Assembly: GCA_002633005.1 (NCBI GenBank)
Contig: NMRA01000353.1
Coordinates: 195,625 to 259,624, forward strand
DNA length: 64,000 nucleotides
From: Phoronis australis
Taxonomy: Eukaryota; Animalia; Phoronida
Direction of reading: 5' to 3'
The position numbers were made by a program, and so were the translations under genes. Positions within the stretch are counted from its first letter, which is position 1; each line of letters starts with the position of its first letter. This document shows positions 58,801 to 64,000 of the stretch, piece after piece. The notes below the pieces were generated by a model. The model was not told the DNA's origin. It saw only the letters and a program-made list of their open reading frames with translations, and ran no database searches.

Positions 58801-59110
58801 CACCCATTCAAGCCAGGCAACTAATTAATGTGTTTGTCTTGCGCCACGGCGCAGTCCGGGCAGGCCAGGCAGTCGGGCTCTGCCAGGTAGTAGCTTATAA
58901 GAATGCTTCTGGCCGAGTGTGAATTATTCCGTTTACGTTAAACTCATTCTACTTGTATCGTACCATATGGCAACATAGCAAGTTTTTTTATGGAGTCATT
59001 TTGAAATCAAAAGGTATTCTGTTGTTCAATGTTGGTCGTCAGCAGGCCGGCCGTAATGGAAGTTGCTGTGCCCGTGTCTAAATTTATTTTCGATATTTTC
59101 GCAGGTTTAC
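58700..59110. promoter_or_regulatory. Putative CpG-rich promoter region of RERE, possibly bidirectional
   Basis: GC/CpG-rich runs (gcgccacggcgcagtccgggcaggccaggcagtcggg; gcaggccggccg) in an otherwise AT-rich, CpG-poor window, just upstream of the candidate first exon. Confidence 0.4.
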
Positions 59111-61210
59111 TTGTCGGGATATTTTAACTGCATAGCAATTTTATTTAATTATTTTGATATTGCACATTCATCGTTATGTTTATACTGTTCGTTTACCACT
59201 CAATTACACCCAATAAACTGAGAACGCTTAGCGCTAGTCGCCATAGTCGGCCTTGTTATTAAATCGACACAGGACTGTGACTAGTCCGCAATTATATGTA
59301 AGCATCTGAAACTATCTCTGTATGTATACGACATTTATGATTTGAACCATATTCCGATAAAATCACCGGCGACAGCATGCCTTCGCCATTCGCCAGTGCT
59401 GGTCTTGGTCTGAACTCGGTCATAGGCTGCAGGTCTGAGTCCGGCACAATAATTTCTTTCATAATTTATTTGCCATATTTTGTCAACAATTTCAATACAA
59501 ATTCTCCCTACTTTGATTTTTATTGAACTTAAGGTCCACTGTCGATTGTTTTATCCCGGATTGAAGGCTGGTAGCAGACACTGCTCCAGTCGAACAGCCA
59601 GCTTTTTTAAGCCTACGTTTATGAATTAATTGTACTTCCAGTTTCGCGGTTAGTTCAAAACGGCAGTGTCTTCTTCGGGTCGGAATCATGAGTGGCGAGT
59701 TTACTTAAACTTTCTTCGATTACGAATTGCACATTGGCTATGGGTTAGGTACTGCTTGGGTCCTTGTAACTTCTTCTAACCATTGAAAAAGGTTTAAAAC
59801 ATGTGTTACTATGACCAGTCAGTGGGCACAAGTAAAAACTTTCAAATGCATTTGAAAGTTTTTACTTGCCCGACAATACCTACCCCAAGTTTTAATGGAA
59901 TTTACCACCACTGTCGTGGACATTTACAAAATTTTTGGACAGAGGCGGTTCCCTACAAATCAGTGCAAACAAGGTGGCGTTATTACGAGTCCACTCTAAA
60001 CAGGGGGATTCTTATTTNNNNNNNNNNNNNNNNNNNNNNNNNNNNNNNNNNNNNNNNNNNNNNNNNNNNNNNNNTATTTTCCAAGTGCCCCCCCCCCCCC
60101 CTCACCCCGTCAACTCTACTGGCGACTTGCGTATCTTAGGTCTTTATGCCATGCCTTTATGGCTCTATAATGCGAAAGCTATTCGAAAAAACACAACACT
60201 GGGTAGAGAGAATCTCGCCAAGTTTGAGACGCAACACCGATGCAGAATTTATGGTACGAATAGCAGAACTTATGCAAGCTCACGATGTTCAACACGAACA
60301 ATGGAAATGGACCACGCATAGCCAGCGAATGGGATTAATGAGTTGGACACTGGCTAAAAATTTTATCTACTACGTTTGTTTGAATGGGATGAATTCGCAA
60401 AACGACGTCTTACCTGCGATCACTAACCTTATGTCCTGTAACTAACACAGATTTTAGACAAAGGATGCCACTGCTATTGTTATAGTTCACAAGATATCAT
60501 ATTAACACTCACTGACCAGACCACGTAAAACACTCACATGTGCTTAGAATGAGACATACTTGACAATAGATGTCGCCTTCAACCGAGGAAACGCAACGAT
60601 TCGGCATTTCACCAGGTGGCGAGACCGTCTAGTCCAATGAGTAGCTCATTGGTCTCGTTCTCGAGTCATTGAAGTACACACCAAAACCCACAAACAAAAC
60701 ACACACCAGTCGATCAGCTGACGAATTGGAACACATGCAAACATGTTACATATTGTATTACATTGTATTCGTTTCCGTAGGTTTAATATTCTCTTAACGT
60801 ATTTGGTGCATGTCTGGCATCTCAGACACCCTGCTGATGAATCACGGCAAAAATCGTGCACATCAAAATTTTAAGACAGTCATGCAAAAGAAGGAAGATT
60901 TATTTTTCATCAAACAATGTTTGACAGAAAATGTTGGAGTGGTGTTTCGGTGCCCGGGTGTCTTGGCTGATCCCCGGGATTCCTGCTTTAAAGGTCGGGG
61001 TTCTTCGTGTTTTTCGGGCTCAGTGCACGGCTAGCTGTTTTCAAGGAGCGGGACTCTGTTCGACTCTGGGATATCTCTTTTCATCGGCGTCCCTGTTTCG
61101 ATGGAACACCCTGTGTTAAGTGTTTTGTAATACATTTATTCTTTGTTAATAACGGTTTTGTTTAATAGTGCCAAGTCCAATGTGTTTTTCGTAAATGATA
61201 AGCTTGTTTG

Positions 61211-62053
61211 CAGGCCCGTAGGAAGGTAAAAATTATTGGGGGGCACCGACCGTGGTCGATACGTAACTTCTAATTTCGAAACCACTGCGTTACACTGGGG
61301 TGTATATATCAACGCTGTAAAATGAACTACTGCAACCACTAGGTACGTTTTGAATTATATGAAAAAAATATGTCTACTAGTAATAATAAGGTGTGTAACA
61401 GATCCTGTACTTTTAGAGTTAATTTTTTGTTAAGATTGCCTGGAAATTTTTGGAGCAACATACATGCCGCTCATACGATTACTCTTGCTGAACAGTAAGA
61501 ATGAAGGTGTGAAATAATTATAAATGTTTTTATTTACTCTTCAACATAAATCAGTGGACGTTGCCCTGCTGCACACAGGAACTCGGGCTGCAGTTAAGTC
61601 TAACGTGGTAAAAACCCCGAGTTGTGCCTTTCGCATTTCATTTCCTCGTACAAAATCGTTTGCCACATCCACCAAATTTAGCTTATCGCACATGTCTTTG
61701 TGAACATGGAGCAACATTAAATGGTTCAACCCCCCCTGTCCCATTGTGGAACGTAAATATGACTTAACACGCCTAAGAGCACTAAATGCTCGTTCGCTAC
61801 TGGCATTTGTTGCAGGCATCACTAACAGCAAGTTTGCTAGTTTAATTACATTTTCGATCAAGTGTTTTTGACCGGCTGATAATTTCTGCAAATGATCCAC
61901 AACACGAGACAATGTTACCTCTTGACTACCATCCTGTGCATAATTGGCCCCAAACGTAGCCAGGTGACAGCGCAGTGTTGAATCAAAATCATCTTCATAA
62001 AAATTATTTAAGTATTAAATTATTTTATGTAAGCTATACTGCCTCCGCCTCAT
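61211..62053 (-). mobile_element. hAT transposon 3' portion, truncated at an assembly join
   Basis: CAGGCCCGTAGGAAGG terminus at 61211, exactly where the two duplicate copies diverge (after cttgtttg). Contains a hAT transposase C-terminus. Confidence 0.8.
61541..62014 (-). pseudogene. hAT (ZMYM1-like) transposase C-terminal dimerisation domain fragment
   Basis: FYEDDFDSTLRCHL...LLLVMPATNASSERAFSALRRVKSYLRSTMGQGGLNHLMLLHVHKD; an in-frame stop lies upstream near 62020. Confidence 0.88.
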
Positions 62054-64000
62054 NAAAAGGTTTAAAAAACGTGTGCTACTATGACCAGCCAGTGGGTACA
62101 AGTGGGCACAAGTAAAAACTTTCAAATGCATTTGAAAGTTTTCTTGCCCGACAATACCTACTCCAAGTTTTAATGGAATTAACCACCACTGTCGTGGACA
62201 TTTACAAAATTTTTGGACAAAGGCGGTTCCCTACAAATCAGTGCAAACAAGGTGCCTTTATTACGAGTCCACTCTATACAGGGAGATTCTTATTTCCAAG
62301 TGCACCCCCTCCCCCCCCTCACCCCGTCAACTCTACTGGAGACTTGCGTATCTTAGGTCTTTACCCCATGCCTTTATGGCTCTATAATACGAAAGCTATT
62401 CGAAAAAACACAACACTGGGTAGAGAGAATCTCGCCAAGTTTGAGACGCAACACCGATGCAGAATTTATGGTACGAATCGCAGAACTAATGCAAGCTCAC
62501 GATGTTCAACACGAACAATGGAAATGGACCACGCATAGCCAGCGAATGGGATTAATGAGTTGGACACTGGCTAAAAAGTTTATCTACTACGTTTGTTTGA
62601 ATGAGGTGAATTCACAAAACGACGTCTTACCTGCGATCACTAACCTTATGTCCTGTAACTAACACAGATTTTAGACAAAGGATGCCACCGCTATTGTTAC
62701 AGTTCACAAGATATCATATAACACTCACTGACCAGACCATGTAAAACACTCACATGTGCTTAGAATGAGACATACTTGGCAATAGATGTCGCCTTCAACC
62801 GAGGAAACGCAACGATTCGGCATTTCACCAGGTGGCGAGACCGTCTAGTCCAATGAGTAGGTCATTGGTCTCGTTCTCGAGTCATTTCATAAAGTACACA
62901 CCAAAACCCATAAACAAAACACGCACCAGTAGATCAGCTAACGAATTGGAACACATGCAAACATGTTACATATTGTATTACATTGTATTCGTTTCCGTAG
63001 GTTTAATATTCTCTTAACGTATTTGGTGAATGTCTGGCATCTCAGACACCCTGATGAATTACAAAAACCGTGCACATCAAAATTTTAAGACAGTCATGCA
63101 CAAGAAGGAAGATTTATTTTTCATCAAACAATGTTTGACAGAAAGTGTGGGAGGGGTGTTTCGGTCCTCGGGTGTCTTGGCTGATGCCCGGGATTCCTGC
63201 TTTAAAGGTCGGGGTTCTTCGTGTTTTTCGGGCTCAGTGCACGGCTAGCTGTTTTGAAGGAGCGGGAGTCTGTTCGACTCTGGGATATCTCTTTTCATCG
63301 GCGTCCCTGTTTCGATGGAACACCCTGTGTTAAGTGTTTTGTAATACATTTATTGTTTGTTAATAACGGTTTTGTTTAATAGTGCCAAGTCCAATGTGTT
63401 TTTCGTAAAAGATAAGCTTGTTTGTGTTGGTAACGAATCTGCCGTAAAGACAAACTAGGCGGTCAAAATTTTACTTTCCATTTTCATGTTGTTTTTTGTG
63501 ATATTATATTTTGAATGCAAAAATATATTAAAAAACTGCCAGTAGCATTTCCACATTGACAACTATTAAAATTTTACTGCATGCTACAGACACTGACCGG
63601 TCCACAAGGACTAAGAGTAACGTCGTAAAACCGTTTTGTCAGGCTGACACGTTTTAACGTAAAACAGCTGACAAACTTAGAATTAGATGTATTGTGTGCG
63701 CGCAACCACGCCATGTTCAAAACACCACAGCGTCTACAGCGCCACTGATATGCGATATTCACTCAGGAACCAAACCGATGTCATTTTGCAGATAAAGACT
63801 TCAACTGCTTATGCTTGAAGTGCTCATGAACAGTTATTTTTAAATTTTCAAATCATATTTGAAAACACGTTGTGTCCATCCCTGGTAATGTCTTCCTGGA
63901 AGTATGAAAGAACCAGCAAGATGGCCTGTGGCTGCCTGTTTTGCATACACTAGGCGGGCGATAACTTTGTAAAAAAATGCTCACCCGTTATTTTCATTGA

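Larger units (their letters stand above)
59787..63424. repeat. Near-identical ~1.4 kb duplication (59787-61210 / 62055-63424), probably allelic
   Basis: Direct repeat separated by a hAT fragment and a single n at 62054. Confidence 0.85.

Noticed and set aside
59492-59689. ORF faintly resembling a pogo/Brinker HTH start (RRRHCRFELTAKLEV)
   Set aside because: The similarity is too weak, with no downstream DDE domain or TIRs recognised.

Overview
This is an AT-rich animal (invertebrate-like) genomic window, not a prokaryotic one. Most of it is one multi-exon minus-strand gene, an atrophin-family transcriptional corepressor (RERE/Atrophin-2/Grunge orthologue). I reconstructed 23 coding exons by hand (52398 to 4994, 3273 nt, 1090 aa). 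All introns are GT-AG with matching phases, and the protein has BAH, ELM2, SANT, GATA-type zinc finger and atrophin C-terminal domains. A probable non-coding first exon and CpG-rich promoter lie near 58.5-59.1 kb. The last two exons of an unidentified convergent + strand gene, ending in the peroxisomal-type signal SRL, lie at 175-1729. The introns hold many mobile elements: a Helentron-associated (HINE/DINE-1/pearl-like) family with ~150-bp internal tandem repeats, Harbinger-like and hAT MITEs, an internally deleted Kolobok element, tRNA-derived elements and minisatellites. The most striking observation is that nearly every HINE monomer carries a near-consensus CTCF motif in the same orientation (about 35 in total), and one cluster is a triple self-nested insertion. 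Two apparent duplications abut single-N joins and look like allelic haplotypes, each showing a filled and an empty transposon site. All calls are from reading the sequence; no searches were run.
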